From contig CAWDEF010000001.1 in assembly GCA_963801275.1 (NCBI GenBank), positions 281,816-345,815 on the forward strand: a stretch of DNA of 64,000 nucleotides, in the 5' to 3' direction. Both the position numbers and the translations under genes were made by a program. This DNA is from an uncultured Acidobacteriota bacterium (GTDB lineage Bacteria > Acidobacteriota > Thermoanaerobaculia > UBA5066 > Gp7-AA6). The notes beneath the pieces are model-generated. The model did no database searches. It was not told the DNA's origin and saw only the letters and a list, made by a program, of their open reading frames with translations. Numbering within the stretch: the stretch's first letter is position 1; the number at the start of each line of letters is the position of its first letter. This document shows, piece by piece, positions 1-9,705 of this stretch.

Positions 1-1054
1 AGAGCGAGATGCGGCGCGCCTCCCGGTTGACGTCGGATACCACGGCTTCGACCGTGTCGCCCGGCGAGACGACTTTCGAGGGATTCTTGACCTTCTTCGA
101 CCAGGACATCTCCGAAACGTGGACGAGACCCTCGACCCCTTCCTCGAGTTCGACGAAGGCGCCGTAGTCGGTCACATTGGTGACGCGGCCCTTGACGCGC
201 GAGCCGGCGGGGTAGCGCTCCGGCACGTGGGTCCAGGGATCGTCGGTCAGCTGCTTGGTGCCGAGCGAGACGCGCTCCGTTTCCCGGTCGAACTTGAGGA
301 CGACCACGTCGATCTCATCGCCGACCTTGACGAGATCCGAGGGATGGTTCACGCGCCCCCAGGACATGTCGGTCACGTGCAGCAGCCCGTCGAGACCGCC
401 GAGGTCCACGAACGCGCCGTAGTCGGTCAAGTTCTTGACGGTTCCGCGCAGCACGCGCCCTTCCTCGAGCAGCTGCAGAGTCTCCTTCTTCTTGGCCTCC
501 TGCTCGACTTCGACGACCGCCTTGCGTGACAGGACGATGTTTCCCCGCTTCTTGTCGACCGAGATCACCTTGAAGTCGAAGTCCTTTCCCCGCAAGGACT
601 CGAGGTTCTTGACGGGCTTGACGTCCACGAGCGACCCCGGCAGGAAAGCCTTGACCCCGATGTCGACGGCCAAGCCGCCCTTGATCCGGTCGATGACCCG
701 GCCGCGCACGGTCGTGCCGGAACGGTAGGACCTCTCCACCTCGTCCCAGACCTTCATCTTCTCGGCCTTGTCCTTGGAGAGGACGACGTAGCCGTTCTGG
801 TCCTCGGTGCGCTCCAGAAGGACATCCACGGGGTCGCCCTCCTTGACCGTGAGGTTTCCCGAAAAGTCCGTGAACTCCGAAACCGAGATGATCCCCTCGG
901 ACTTGTATCCGATGTCGACGATCACCTCGGAAGGGGTGATGCCGATGACCCGGCCCCGAATGATCTGCCCCTCCTGAAGATTCCGGAAGGAATCCTCGTA
1001 CTGAGCCAGAAGATGCTCGTACTCCTGGGGCGAGAGTTCCTGTTCCGTCTCCAT
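1..1054 (-). CDS. rpsA: 30S ribosomal protein S1, N-terminal ~350 aa; gene continues beyond the window start
   Basis: Minus-strand translation from ATG (rc of cat 1052-1054) gives METEQELSPQEYEHLLAQYEDSFRNLQEGQIIRGRVIGITPSEVIVDIGYKSEG, a typical S1 N-terminus followed by repeated S1 domains. [10 protein letters not shown] precedes the start. The listed + strand ORF 119-529 is the shadow frame. Confidence 0.9.
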   Translation of the reverse strand, partial: METEQELSPQEYEHLLAQYEDSFRNLQEGQIIRGRVIGITPSEVIVDIGYKSEGIISVSEFTDFSGNLTVKEGDPVDVLLERTEDQNGYVVLSKDKAEKMKVWDEVERSYRSGTTVRGRVIDRIKGGLAVDIGVKAFLPGSLVDVKPVKNLESLRGKDFDFKVISVDKKRGNIVLSRKAVVEVEQEAKKKETLQLLEEGRVLRGTVKNLTDYGAFVDLGGLDGLLHVTDMSWGRVNHPSDLVKVGDEIDVVVLKFDRETERVSLGTKQLTDDPWTHVPERYPAGSRVKGRVTNVTDYGAFVELEEGVEGLVHVSEMSWSKKVKNPSKVVSPGDTVEAVVSDVNREARRISL

Positions 1055-1168
1055 GGGCTTACCTTCCTGTCCCCCTTCGTGATTCTTCGCCGTCATTCGA
1101 AAAAGGGGTCCCCTCTCATAAGTATTTGAACCGACAAAATATACTCTATGTTGCTGGCCCCGGGCGAG

Positions 1169-1849
1169 TCAACTTCCGCTGCCCCGGACGCGGGCCTCGA
1201 TCTCGGAGACCACCTGCGCCACCTCTCTGCCGGTCGAGTCGATCAGGCAGTAGCGGCCATCCATCGTGAGGGGCGAGTCGGCTCGCGAGCTGTCGTCCTC
1301 GTCCCGACGGTTCATCTCCTCCAGCACTTCCGCGTAGGGCCGCGGGTTGCCCCGTTTTTCGAGCTCTCGGGTCCGGCGGCGCGCCCGCTCCTGCGCGGAG
1401 GCGGTGAGGAAGAACTTGTGCGGCGTCTCGGGGAAGACGCGGGTGCCGATGTCGCGGCCTTCGAGGACACCCCCCCGTTCGCGTCCGAGACGCTGCTGTT
1501 CGGCGACGAGCCGGCGGCGAACCGCTGGAATCGCCGACACCGCGGAGGCGTAAAGCGAGATCTCGGGCTCGCGGATAGCATCCGAGACGTCCCGTCCGTC
1601 CCACAGGACCCGCAGTCCCCCGGCGGCGGGCTCCAAGCCGATCCGGCCGGCCTCGGCCAGGCCGATCACGGCTCCCGGTTCTCCGATCGGTAGCGGGATG
1701 CCCGCCTCGCGTGCGGCAAGACCCACGGCGCGGTACATGGCGCCGGTGTCGATGTAGGGAACCCCGAGGCGCTCGGCCAGAGCCCGGGCGACCGTGGATT
1801 TGCCGGCTCCCGACGGTCCGTCGATCGCCACGATCAGGGGCGATGTCAA
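1169..1849 (-). CDS. cmk: cytidylate kinase
   Basis: C-terminal 226 aa of ORF 1169-2560: LIVAIDGPSGAGKSTVARALAERLGVPYIDTGAMYRAV... P-loop plus cmk motifs. Inferred TTG start at 1849 overlaps the rluB stop (TTGA). cmk lies directly upstream of rpsA, as in many bacteria. Confidence 0.85.
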   Translation of the reverse strand: MTSPLIVAIDGPSGAGKSTVARALAERLGVPYIDTGAMYRAVGLAAREAGIPLPIGEPGAVIGLAEAGRIGLEPAAGGLRVLWDGRDVSDAIREPEISLYASAVSAIPAVRRRLVAEQQRLGRERGGVLEGRDIGTRVFPETPHKFFLTASAQERARRRTRELEKRGNPRPYAEVLEEMNRRDEDDSSRADSPLTMDGRYCLIDSTGREVAQVVSEIEARVRGSGS

Positions 1850-2628
1850 CGCCGCACCGGTCGCCTCGGCCGGTCCGCATCGGGGCTTGGGGCAACGAGG
1901 CTCCGGCGAAGGGCCGCCAGTTCTCCCGGCTCCAGCCTCCGGCAGGCTCCGGTCGGCAGGCGTGCATCGCGAATCGGACCAATGGCGGTGCGCTTCAACT
2001 TCGACACCGGATGTCCAATGGTCTCGAACATCCGGCGAATCTGGCGCGATCGCCCCTGCCGCAGCGTGACGCGCAGCCAGCTGTTGCCCGCGCCGGGCGC
2101 TCCGGTGGTCGAGACGCGCTCGATCTCGCACGGAAGCGTGCGCGAGCCGTCCAGGAAGACCCCGCGGCGCAGGCGCACGAGGTCTGCGTCCGTCGGCACG
2201 CCGGAGACCTTCACCCGATACTCCTTTCCGCAGCGCGATCGAGGGTGGGTCACGCTTGCCGCCAGATCCCCGTCGTCCGTCAGGAGCAGGAGCCCTTCCG
2301 TCTGGACATCGAGGCGCCCCACGGGACGGACCGAGCGCCTCAGGCCTTCCGGAAGGAGGTCGAGAACCGTCTTGCGTCGCTCCGGATCGGAAGTCGTCGT
2401 GACGTATCCCTTCGGCTTGTTCAGAAGCACGTAGGACCGGGCACCGGAAGCCGGACGGATCCGGCGACCATCCACCTTGACGGCGTCCCGCTCGGGATCG
2501 GCGCGCTCGCCGAGCTGCGCGACCCTGCCGTTGACGCGCACCCGGCCCTCGCGGATCCACGTCTCGGCCTGGCGGCGGGACGCGAGGCCCGCTTCGGAAA
2601 GGATCTTCTGAAGGCGAACGGCGCCCAT
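1846..2628 (-). CDS. rluB: 23S rRNA pseudouridine synthase, RluB/RsuA family (S4 domain plus PseudoU_synth_2)
   Basis: MGAVRLQKILSEAGLASRRQAETWIREGRVRVNGR... S4 domain; VGRLD catalytic motif; C-terminal Arg-rich tail. Confidence 0.85.
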   Translation of the reverse strand: MGAVRLQKILSEAGLASRRQAETWIREGRVRVNGRVAQLGERADPERDAVKVDGRRIRPASGARSYVLLNKPKGYVTTTSDPERRKTVLDLLPEGLRRSVRPVGRLDVQTEGLLLLTDDGDLAASVTHPRSRCGKEYRVKVSGVPTDADLVRLRRGVFLDGSRTLPCEIERVSTTGAPGAGNSWLRVTLRQGRSRQIRRMFETIGHPVSKLKRTAIGPIRDARLPTGACRRLEPGELAALRRSLVAPSPDADRPRRPVRR

Positions 2629-2695
2629 GGCGGTCCTTCCGGAATCGAGAATCGCGACGCGACTGGCGGGCGGTCAGCCCTTCAGGCTCGGCGAC

Positions 2696-3415
2696 TTACG
2701 ATCCGCTCTCCTCGTTGCCGTCTTCGTCCTCGGCATCCACGCCCTCATCGTCGTCGTCCCCCTCATCTTCGTCCGAGCTGGCGGAAACGGCTTGGGGCAG
2801 GGCCTCGGGTGGTGGAGGTTCCCCCACCGTTGCCGCGAGATCCTCAGCCACTTCCTCGGGTCGGGGCAGGTCTTCGACGCCGTTGAGCCCAAAACGCACG
2901 AGAAATTCCGGTGTCGTCCGGTAGAGGAACGGAGAGCCGACGACCGACTTGCGCCCTGCCGTGGTGATGAGTTTCTTCTCGAAGAGTGTGTTCAGGACGC
3001 TCGCCGAGTTGACACCGCGCACCTCCTGGATCTCCGGAAGGGTGATGGGCTGTCGGTAGGCGATGATCGCGAGGGTCTCGAGCGCGGCGAGCGACAGCCG
3101 GCTGCGCTCGGAAACCTCGTGAAACTTCCGCAGCAGTGCGTCGAACTCGGGGCGGGTGACGAACCGCCAGCCTCCGGCCACCTCCTCGAGGCGGATTCCG
3201 CTGTCCGCGCGGTCGGCGGCCGCCGCAAGGCGCGCGATCGCTTCGCCCACCGCCTCGGGGGTCGCTTCGAGAATGTCGGCCAGGTCTTTCTTCCGAACGG
3301 GCCGCGAGCTCGAGAAGAGAAGGGCCTCGAGGGCAGCAAGGATCCGCTCGGCCCTCTTCTCGCGGGGCCGCTCGGGGACGGCCTCGGCGGCATCGGGGGT
3401 CAGGATGTCGGCCAT
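2696..3415 (-). CDS. scpB: segregation and condensation protein B
   Basis: ScpB winged-helix motifs (LEALLFSSSRPVRKKDLADIL ... YRQPITLPEIQEVRGVNSASVLNTLFEKKLI) with an acidic C-terminal tail; directly downstream of scpA. Confidence 0.85.
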   Translation of the reverse strand: MADILTPDAAEAVPERPREKRAERILAALEALLFSSSRPVRKKDLADILEATPEAVGEAIARLAAAADRADSGIRLEEVAGGWRFVTRPEFDALLRKFHEVSERSRLSLAALETLAIIAYRQPITLPEIQEVRGVNSASVLNTLFEKKLITTAGRKSVVGSPFLYRTTPEFLVRFGLNGVEDLPRPEEVAEDLAATVGEPPPPEALPQAVSASSDEDEGDDDDEGVDAEDEDGNEESGS

Positions 3416-3472
3416 GGGCCAAGTCTACGTCCAACGTCTCCCGTCGATCGGCACACCAGGACCGGTGGCCGG

Positions 3473-4267
3473 CTACCGATAGGTGTCCCGAACGGCATCC
3501 AGGGAGAAGGGGGCCTCGGTCCGCGAGACGTGGATCTCGGCAAAGGCCGAGGGCTGGAACACGGTGACGACGCCCAGGCGAATCAGCTCCAGGGTCGCCA
3601 GGAAGGCCGTCACGGCCTCCGCGCGGTAGCGCATCTCCCCCAGGAACCGGAGCAGCGGGAGCGTTCCCGAACCCTCGAGGCGCTCGATCAGGTCCCGCAT
3701 CTTGTCCGCGACCGAAAAGCGCAGGTGGCGGATCTCCATCGCCGGCGGGTGCGCGAAGCGGTAGCGCTCCGTGACCTTGCGAAACACATCGATCAGGTCG
3801 AAGAGCGACACTTCGAGGGTCTCGCCTTCCGGCGACTTTGGAATCTCGGTCTCGCCGCGGGGCCAGAGGCCCGCGCGCAGCGTGTCGATTTCGTGGAGAT
3901 CCTCGGCCGCTTTCTTGAACCGCTCGTACTCCTGCAGGCGCAGCGCCAGGTCCCGGCGCGGATCCTCGGCCTCGGCGCCCGGCAGGCGCGGCAGCAGCAT
4001 CCGGGACTTGATGTAGATCAGCTCGGCCGCGAGCGCGACGTACTCCGAGGCCACGTCGAGATCGAGCTCATGCATGGCGTCCAGGTACGCCGTGTACTGC
4101 TCCGTGATCGCCGCAATCGGGATGTCCGTGATGGAGACCTCGTTGACCCGGATCAGGTGGAGCAGCAGGTCGAGCGGGCCCGAGAAGGCAGGGATCTCGA
4201 CGGGCGGGAGGGCGCTCTCGGCGCGCTCGTCGGTCATGCGCTGCGGGCGCGCCGGCAACTCATACAC
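3473..4267 (-). CDS. scpA: segregation and condensation protein A; alternative start at 4237 (MTDERAES...) is possible
   Basis: FSGPLDLLLHLIRVNEVSITDIPIAAITEQY... canonical ScpA N-terminal motif; scpA-scpB order conserved. Confidence 0.85.
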   Translation of the reverse strand: MYELPARPQRMTDERAESALPPVEIPAFSGPLDLLLHLIRVNEVSITDIPIAAITEQYTAYLDAMHELDLDVASEYVALAAELIYIKSRMLLPRLPGAEAEDPRRDLALRLQEYERFKKAAEDLHEIDTLRAGLWPRGETEIPKSPEGETLEVSLFDLIDVFRKVTERYRFAHPPAMEIRHLRFSVADKMRDLIERLEGSGTLPLLRFLGEMRYRAEAVTAFLATLELIRLGVVTVFQPSAFAEIHVSRTEAPFSLDAVRDTYR

Positions 4268-4958
4268 GGAAACCGACGGCCCGGTAGACGAAGAGATAGA
4301 ACGGAAGGATGATCACATTGAGCAAGCGCGTGGAGAGTAACAGGATGAGGATGAGGAAGCCGAACGGCGCGATGACGCGGAAGAGGCGGATGGCCGGCGC
4401 GCCGATTACCGAAGCGAGGACGCCGCTTCCGTCCAGGGGCGGGATCGGAATCAGGTTGAAGACGCCGAGCGCAACATTGACCAGCGAGAACTGGAAGAAG
4501 ACGTAGGCGATCGGGGCCAGGGCCCCCGGCGCGAACCTGCGCCCCTGGAGCGCCAGGGCGAGATCCCGGATCGCGTCCGGCGCCCAGGTCCGCAGGGCCA
4601 TGAGAATTGCGAGGCCGGCTGCCGCCAGGAGGAAATTCGACATCGGGCCCGCCGCCGAGACCACGAGGTTGGCCAGCCTCGGGTTGGCCGTGTTGCGAAG
4701 GTCCACGGGCGTCGGCTTCGCCGCACCGAAGATGATTCGCCCGCCCGAGAAGAAGTACATCATCAGCGGCAGGATCACGCTCCCGAAGGGATCGATGTGC
4801 CGGATCGGGTTCAACGTAATGCGCCCGAGGTCCCGGGCCGTGGTGTCGCCGAACTGCAAGGCCGACCATGCGTGCGCCGACTCGTGGAACGAGATCGAAA
4901 AGAGGATCACCGCGAGCTGGATTGTGAAGTCGACGATCTTGAAGGCGATGGAGTCCAT
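4260..4958 (-). CDS. peptidase M50 family membrane metalloprotease (site-2 protease-like)
   Basis: HESAHAW (HExxH) in a TM helix, a later LDGSGV-type motif, and a polytopic membrane profile. Confidence 0.8.
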   Translation of the reverse strand: MDSIAFKIVDFTIQLAVILFSISFHESAHAWSALQFGDTTARDLGRITLNPIRHIDPFGSVILPLMMYFFSGGRIIFGAAKPTPVDLRNTANPRLANLVVSAAGPMSNFLLAAAGLAILMALRTWAPDAIRDLALALQGRRFAPGALAPIAYVFFQFSLVNVALGVFNLIPIPPLDGSGVLASVIGAPAIRLFRVIAPFGFLILILLLSTRLLNVIILPFYLFVYRAVGFRV

Positions 4959-5121
4959 TGCGCGGGACTATAGCGGATGCCGTAGAGAGGCCCCCGGCGT
5001 CGGCAGGCACTCTGGGCCGCGCCCGGATCCGGTCGGCCCAAGCGATGATACGGTCCGAGCGGGGAGCCGGACGTCGGCGGGCCCGAAACCTTCCCGCGGC
5101 CCCGGCGTCACTAAGAGAGCC

Positions 5122-5715
5122 GTGCCGATCGGAAACGGGTCCGAAAGCGACGGGTCGCGCGAGGACCGCGCGCTTCTGGAGCGCGTCCGTCAGGGCGATT
5201 CCGAGGCCGCGGCGGGGCTCTTCGAGCGTCACGCGCCTGCCCTGCTTCGCTTTACGGGTCGACTGCTTTCCGACCGGGCGCTGGCCGAGGAAGTGACTCA
5301 GGAGGTCTTCGTCAAGGTGATTGCCAGGGCCCATCAATATGACGGTCGGGCGGAGGTCGCTTCGTGGCTGTTCGCGATCGCGGCCAATGCCTGCCGGGAC
5401 CGCCGGCGGCGGGAGCGGCGAGCGCCCGTCGTTTCGATCGACGCTCTTCCCGAGCCCTCCGCCCGGGGCGAGGGCATCGAGGCCGCCCTCATGGACCGCG
5501 AAAAGCGCGACGCCGTCCGGCGCGCCCTCGCGCAGCTCTCGGAGGAGCAGCGGGAGGCGCTCGTTCTCGCCCGGTACCATGGCCTGGCGTACGTCGAGAT
5601 CGCCGCGATCCTGGGTATCTCCGTCGGGGCGGTGAAGACTCGCATTTTCAGGGCCGTCGAAACGCTGAAGGCCCATTTCTCCGAAGGAGCCACGTCATGG
5701 AATGCCGCGAACTAG
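5122..5715 (+). CDS. ECF (sigma-70 family, RpoE-like) RNA polymerase sigma factor
   Basis: Region 2 (EEVTQEVFVKV ... WLFAIAANACRDRRRRE) and region 4 (EQREALVLARYHGLAYVEIAAILGISVGAVKTRIFRA) are present. GTG at 5122 is in frame with ORF 4600-5715. The upstream part of that ORF overlaps the M50 gene and is taken as non-coding. Confidence 0.8.
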   Translation: MPIGNGSESDGSREDRALLERVRQGDSEAAAGLFERHAPALLRFTGRLLSDRALAEEVTQEVFVKVIARAHQYDGRAEVASWLFAIAANACRDRRRRERRAPVVSIDALPEPSARGEGIEAALMDREKRDAVRRALAQLSEEQREALVLARYHGLAYVEIAAILGISVGAVKTRIFRAVETLKAHFSEGATSWNAAN

Positions 5716-6635
5716 ACCAACGGGCCGTCGATCGCCTGACCGGGCAGATCGAGCCCGAGGCTGCAAAGGACCTCGCCGCCCACCTGGAGGTCTGTTCCGC
5801 CTGCCGCACTGAGATGTCCGGGGTGGAGCGCGCCTGGGAGTTCCTGGGGGAAGACCCGGGTCTGGCCGCCGGGCCGGACTTTCGCCGCCGGGGCCGGGAG
5901 CTGCTCGAGGAAGAGATGCTCCGCCGTCGCGTGCGCGAGTTCCGTCCGAGGCCGCGTGCGCGCCGCTTCCTGGCGCAGGCGGCGGCGCTTGTGCTCGCCG
6001 CCGGCGCGGGATACCTGGCGGCGTCCTGGAAGCCGGTGCCCGCGGTCCCGACTCCCGGCGCAGCGGCGGACTCCTCCGTGCTGCCCGCGCTCGGAGCGTC
6101 CACGCGGCTCTCGAACCTCTCCTACGTCCCGCCCGGCCCCGACGGCCGCGTCGGCATCGGCTTCGACGTGACGACCCGCCACACGATCCAGGGTGCTCCC
6201 GGTGATCCCGAGGTCGAGAAACTGCTCGCCTACGTGCTGTCGCGCGCCGGAGAGAACTCCGGCGACAGGGCCCGCGCCATCGAACTCGTGGCGCAGAACT
6301 CCCGGGCCGGGCTGGGGCCTGCATCCCCCGACATCGTGGCCGCGCTGACGGCCACCCTGCGCAAGGACTCGAATCCCGGCGTGCGCAAGAAGGCGGCCGA
6401 CGCCCTGTCGGGCATGCCTTCGACCCCCGAAATCCGGACGGCCTTCCTCGAAGCGCTGCGGAGCGACGGAAATCCCGCAGTTCGCCTGGTTGCGATCGAC
6501 GCTCTCGCTGCGGCGGCCAAAGAGGCGCCGGATCCGCGAACCATCCAGTCTCTGCGCGAGAAGGCGGTGGATCCCTTCGAGAACGGCTTCGTCCGCGCGA
6601 AGGCGGCATCCGCCCTGAAGACGATGGAGTACTGA
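5697..6635 (+). CDS. anti-sigma factor, zf-HC2 family, with C-terminal HEAT (PBS-lyase-like) repeats
   Basis: ATG at 5697 with a GAAGGAG RBS; overlaps the sigma stop by 19 nt. N-terminus MECRELDQRAVDRLTGQ...AAHLEVCSACRTE is the zf-HC2 signature. One TM segment (AALVLAAGAGYLAAS). C-terminal repeats of the type VRKKAADALSGM ... AVRLVAIDALAAA. Confidence 0.8.
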   Translation: MECRELDQRAVDRLTGQIEPEAAKDLAAHLEVCSACRTEMSGVERAWEFLGEDPGLAAGPDFRRRGRELLEEEMLRRRVREFRPRPRARRFLAQAAALVLAAGAGYLAASWKPVPAVPTPGAAADSSVLPALGASTRLSNLSYVPPGPDGRVGIGFDVTTRHTIQGAPGDPEVEKLLAYVLSRAGENSGDRARAIELVAQNSRAGLGPASPDIVAALTATLRKDSNPGVRKKAADALSGMPSTPEIRTAFLEALRSDGNPAVRLVAIDALAAAAKEAPDPRTIQSLREKAVDPFENGFVRAKAASALKTMEY

Positions 6636-6678
6636 CCGTGGCCACCGAAACTCCCTCGCGGGCGCCGCGTCTCCACGA

Positions 6679-8592
6679 ATGATGAACAGGCACACGCTCC
6701 GAGCCAAATCCCTCTCGTCCCGCGCCGCCACGGCGCAGAACCGCGCCCTCTGGCTTCTTTTGGCCGCGGGTCTGGGCCTGCTCGCCGCGGCGGTGGCGTC
6801 GGGCGAAGAACGCGGCTTCTCCGCGTCGCGCACCGACCGTTTTCGCGGGAACCTCCCGCCGGGCACACTCGTGCGCGTCGTCAATATCAACGGCGACGTC
6901 GTCGCCGGGTCCGGGCGTGAGTTTTCCGCCGTGGTCACGACGACGGTGATGGCCTCGAGCCAGGCGCGGGCAGACGAGGCGCTCGAGAAGGCCCGCGTGA
7001 CCCAGTCGAGCGAGGCGGAAGAGTACCGCCTCGAGACGCGGTGGCCCGGCCACACCCAGTTCCGCGGCCACCGAAAGGATTTCTGCCGGGACTGCCGGGT
7101 CACGGTCCGCTACGAGCTCGTGCTCCCGCCGGGCCTGTCGGCGAACCTGCAGACGGTCAACGGCGACGTGCGCGCCAACGGCCTGGACGGAGACCTCGAG
7201 GTCCACAGCGTGAACGGAAACCTGCAGGTGATCGGCGCGCGCCGGTCGCTCGCCGCGCAGACCGTCAACGGGAGGGTCGACGCCGTCGCGGCCGCCCTGC
7301 CGCCCGCCGCATCGTGGCAGCTCCAGGCGGTCAACGGCTCCGTCATCGCGACGCTCCCCACGGACGCGAAGTTCGATTGGACGGCTTCCACGATGAGCGG
7401 GACGATTGCGTCGACCTTCGCCCTGCCCCCCGCACGCGATGAAGCCACACCCGCCCCGCCGGCCGCGCCGGTGTCTCCCGCGCCGCCCCGCCGGCCGGCC
7501 CACGCAGCGGTCGTCGTATCCGGAGACGACACGGAAACGCTGGTCGACCCGGAGGAGCTCTCCCGGGAGATCGAGGAATCCATGCGCGAGGTGGAGGCGC
7601 AGATGCGGACGACGGAGAAGATCGTCCGCGAGGTGCGCGTGACCCTGCCGGAGCGGCGCTACACGGCCTCCGTCGGAGGGGGTGGCGCGAAGATCCGGGC
7701 GAACACGTTGAATGGAAGCATCACGCTGCTCGCCGCCGGAACGCGGGAGGCGGACGCCAAGCCGCTCGTCGTCGGCCGGCGCACGATCGTGCTGACGGTT
7801 CCGAGCGTCGCGATCCGCGTTCCCGGTGTCCGGATGCGTGCGCCCCGCGTCCGCGTACTGGCACCCTCCGGCATGGAGCCCGGCGACACTTCCGAAGACG
7901 GGCCGGAGATCGATGCCGACGTCGTGCGCGGAGACATCTCCGGAGACCTGATCTCGACGAGCAACGGGAACTACCACGTGGGCCACGTCAGCGGAAAGAT
8001 CAAGATCCTGACCCACTCCGGCGAAATTCACATCGCCTCGGCCGGAAACGGGGCGGAGGTGAAGACCTACGGCGGCGACATCCACGTCGGCAGCGTCCAG
8101 GGTGATCTGCGGGCCCAGACCATGGCCGGCGACATTCGCGCGCTGGACGTGAACGGCTCGGCGGTCGTGGAGACCTCGGGCGGAGACATCCGGATCAACC
8201 GGATCGAGGGATCTGCCAGCGCCAGGACGGGGGGCGGTGACATCGTTCTCCCGGCGGTGCGTGGGTCCGTCGAAGCCGAGACCGGCGGAGGCGAGGTGCG
8301 GGTGGGCATCCTTTCCCGGCAGGTCAAGAACGGTATCTCGATCCACAACGCCGGGGGCGACGTCTTGCTCATCCTGCCGGCGGATTTTCATGGAGAGCTC
8401 GATCTGGAGGTTGAGGGACCCGCGGATCCGGAAGAGGTCCTGATCCGTTCCGAGTTTCCCGGGGTCGCGATTACTCGCAGCAGCGACTTGCACCGCGCTT
8501 CCGGCCTCTTGAACGGCGGAGGCCCGCGCGTCCTCGTGCGGACCTCCTCGGGGTCCATTCGCCTGCGCCGGGGGCCCGCCGCCGGGTCTTAG
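6679..8592 (+). CDS. DUF4097 (putative adhesin / LiaF-like beta-helix) domain protein with N-terminal signal sequence
   Basis: Signal peptide (ALWLLLAAGLGLLAAAVASG). Many repeats of the type VNGDV, VNGNL, VNGRV, NGSI and GGDIR, characteristic of DUF4097. Co-oriented and directly downstream of the sigma/anti-sigma pair. Confidence 0.75.
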   Translation: MMNRHTLRAKSLSSRAATAQNRALWLLLAAGLGLLAAAVASGEERGFSASRTDRFRGNLPPGTLVRVVNINGDVVAGSGREFSAVVTTTVMASSQARADEALEKARVTQSSEAEEYRLETRWPGHTQFRGHRKDFCRDCRVTVRYELVLPPGLSANLQTVNGDVRANGLDGDLEVHSVNGNLQVIGARRSLAAQTVNGRVDAVAAALPPAASWQLQAVNGSVIATLPTDAKFDWTASTMSGTIASTFALPPARDEATPAPPAAPVSPAPPRRPAHAAVVVSGDDTETLVDPEELSREIEESMREVEAQMRTTEKIVREVRVTLPERRYTASVGGGGAKIRANTLNGSITLLAAGTREADAKPLVVGRRTIVLTVPSVAIRVPGVRMRAPRVRVLAPSGMEPGDTSEDGPEIDADVVRGDISGDLISTSNGNYHVGHVSGKIKILTHSGEIHIASAGNGAEVKTYGGDIHVGSVQGDLRAQTMAGDIRALDVNGSAVVETSGGDIRINRIEGSASARTGGGDIVLPAVRGSVEAETGGGEVRVGILSRQVKNGISIHNAGGDVLLILPADFHGELDLEVEGPADPEEVLIRSEFPGVAITRSSDLHRASGLLNGGGPRVLVRTSSGSIRLRRGPAAGS

Positions 8593-8674
8593 AGGTCGGG
8601 TCCGCGAGCGGTGCTAGGTCGGGGCTGTCGACCCGAGCCCGTCGGAGGCGCCCCGCCTTCGCGGACCCCTCTCG

Positions 8675-9691
8675 TTACCGGATGCGAAGCGTGCGCACGG
8701 GCTCGAGGTCGACCTCGGCACCCGTGCCGAATCGGGGGTCGTGCCGCCCGGGGCCGTCGAGGTACTCCCGGATTCCGGACCGGAATTCGCGCCAATCGCC
8801 GGGGAAAACCCTAAGAGTCTCCGAGACATCCCCGACGTTGTCTCGGGAGAGGCTGCGGAGCTGGTCGCGGGTCAGGGGCGGGTCGGCGATCCAGCCGCGG
8901 CGGGCCGCCCACTCGAAGCGCCCGGCGAGGAATCCTCCCCACCAGAGCGGAAGGTGCAGGAGGGGTTTTCCGCGTTTGCCGAGGGCGGCGGCGATCTCGC
9001 GGTAGATGTCGTTCAAGGTGAGTGTCTGCGGACCGCCGACCTCGAAGGATCCGCCCGCCGTCTCGGGTCTTTCGAGCGCCTCGGCGAAGACCCTGGCGAC
9101 GTCGTACACCGAGACGGGCATGAAACGGGTCGTGCCCGGCCCGATGACGGGGATGAAGCCCGGGTTGAGGCGCACGATCGGAGCGAGGAGCGACACGAAG
9201 CCGTCTCCCGGTCCGAAAATGATCGACGGCCTGAAGATCGTCCAGGCGAGCGGCGAAGCCTTCACGGCACGCTCCCCCGCCGCCTTGGTCCGCGCGTACT
9301 GCGAGGGCGCGTCCTCCGAGCTTCCCATGGCACTCATGTGGAGGAGGCGCCGCACTCCCGCCGCGCCCATCGCCGCCAGGACGTTCTCCGCGGCCTCCCG
9401 GTGCATCCGGTCGAAGGTCTGCTCGCCCTTTTCGTTGATGATCCCGACCAGATGAACGACGGCGTCGCGTCCGGCCGCGGCCCGAACGAGAGACTCCCGG
9501 TCCAGAACGTTTCCGGAAACCGCTTCCACGGGGCGATTGAACCGATTCCGCGAGGCGCCGGGGCGCCGCTCGAGGACCGACACGGCGTGGCCTCTCCGCA
9601 GAAAGGCGTTTCCCAGGTGGGTGCCGACGAAACCGGTACCGCCTGTGATCAGAACCTTCAATCTCTCCTCCTCGACGTTGCTTTCTACCAT
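8675..9691 (-). CDS. NAD(P)-dependent epimerase/dehydratase family (NmrA/NDUFA9-like) protein
   Basis: MVESNVEEERLKVLITGGTGFVGTHL Rossmann GxxGxxG motif; YARTK active-site region. Start ATG at 9691 inside the larger spurious ORF 8675-11164. Confidence 0.8.
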   Translation of the reverse strand: MVESNVEEERLKVLITGGTGFVGTHLGNAFLRRGHAVSVLERRPGASRNRFNRPVEAVSGNVLDRESLVRAAAGRDAVVHLVGIINEKGEQTFDRMHREAAENVLAAMGAAGVRRLLHMSAMGSSEDAPSQYARTKAAGERAVKASPLAWTIFRPSIIFGPGDGFVSLLAPIVRLNPGFIPVIGPGTTRFMPVSVYDVARVFAEALERPETAGGSFEVGGPQTLTLNDIYREIAAALGKRGKPLLHLPLWWGGFLAGRFEWAARRGWIADPPLTRDQLRSLSRDNVGDVSETLRVFPGDWREFRSGIREYLDGPGRHDPRFGTGAEVDLEPVRTLRIR

Positions 9692-9705
9692 GCGGGGCCG
9701 GCCGA

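Noticed and set aside
119-728. Plus-strand ORFs 119-529 and 435-728
   Set aside because: They lie inside the minus-strand rpsA coding region, whose translation gives a canonical S1 sequence.
5695-8493. 932-aa minus-strand ORF, and similar giant Arg/Gly/Pro-rich ORFs (9736-12750 +, 20291-22471 +, 35707-37680 portion, 55382-59335 +)
   Set aside because: These are antisense shadows of real genes, typical of 70% GC DNA. They have extreme Arg/Pro/Gly content and no motifs. Each overlaps a well-supported gene on the other strand.
8593-8674. Possible bidirectional terminator hairpin (GGGCT-GTCGACCCG-AGCCC) between convergent DUF4097 and epimerase genes
   Set aside because: The stem is short and imperfect and there is no U-tract. 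It is not convincing without folding-energy calculation.
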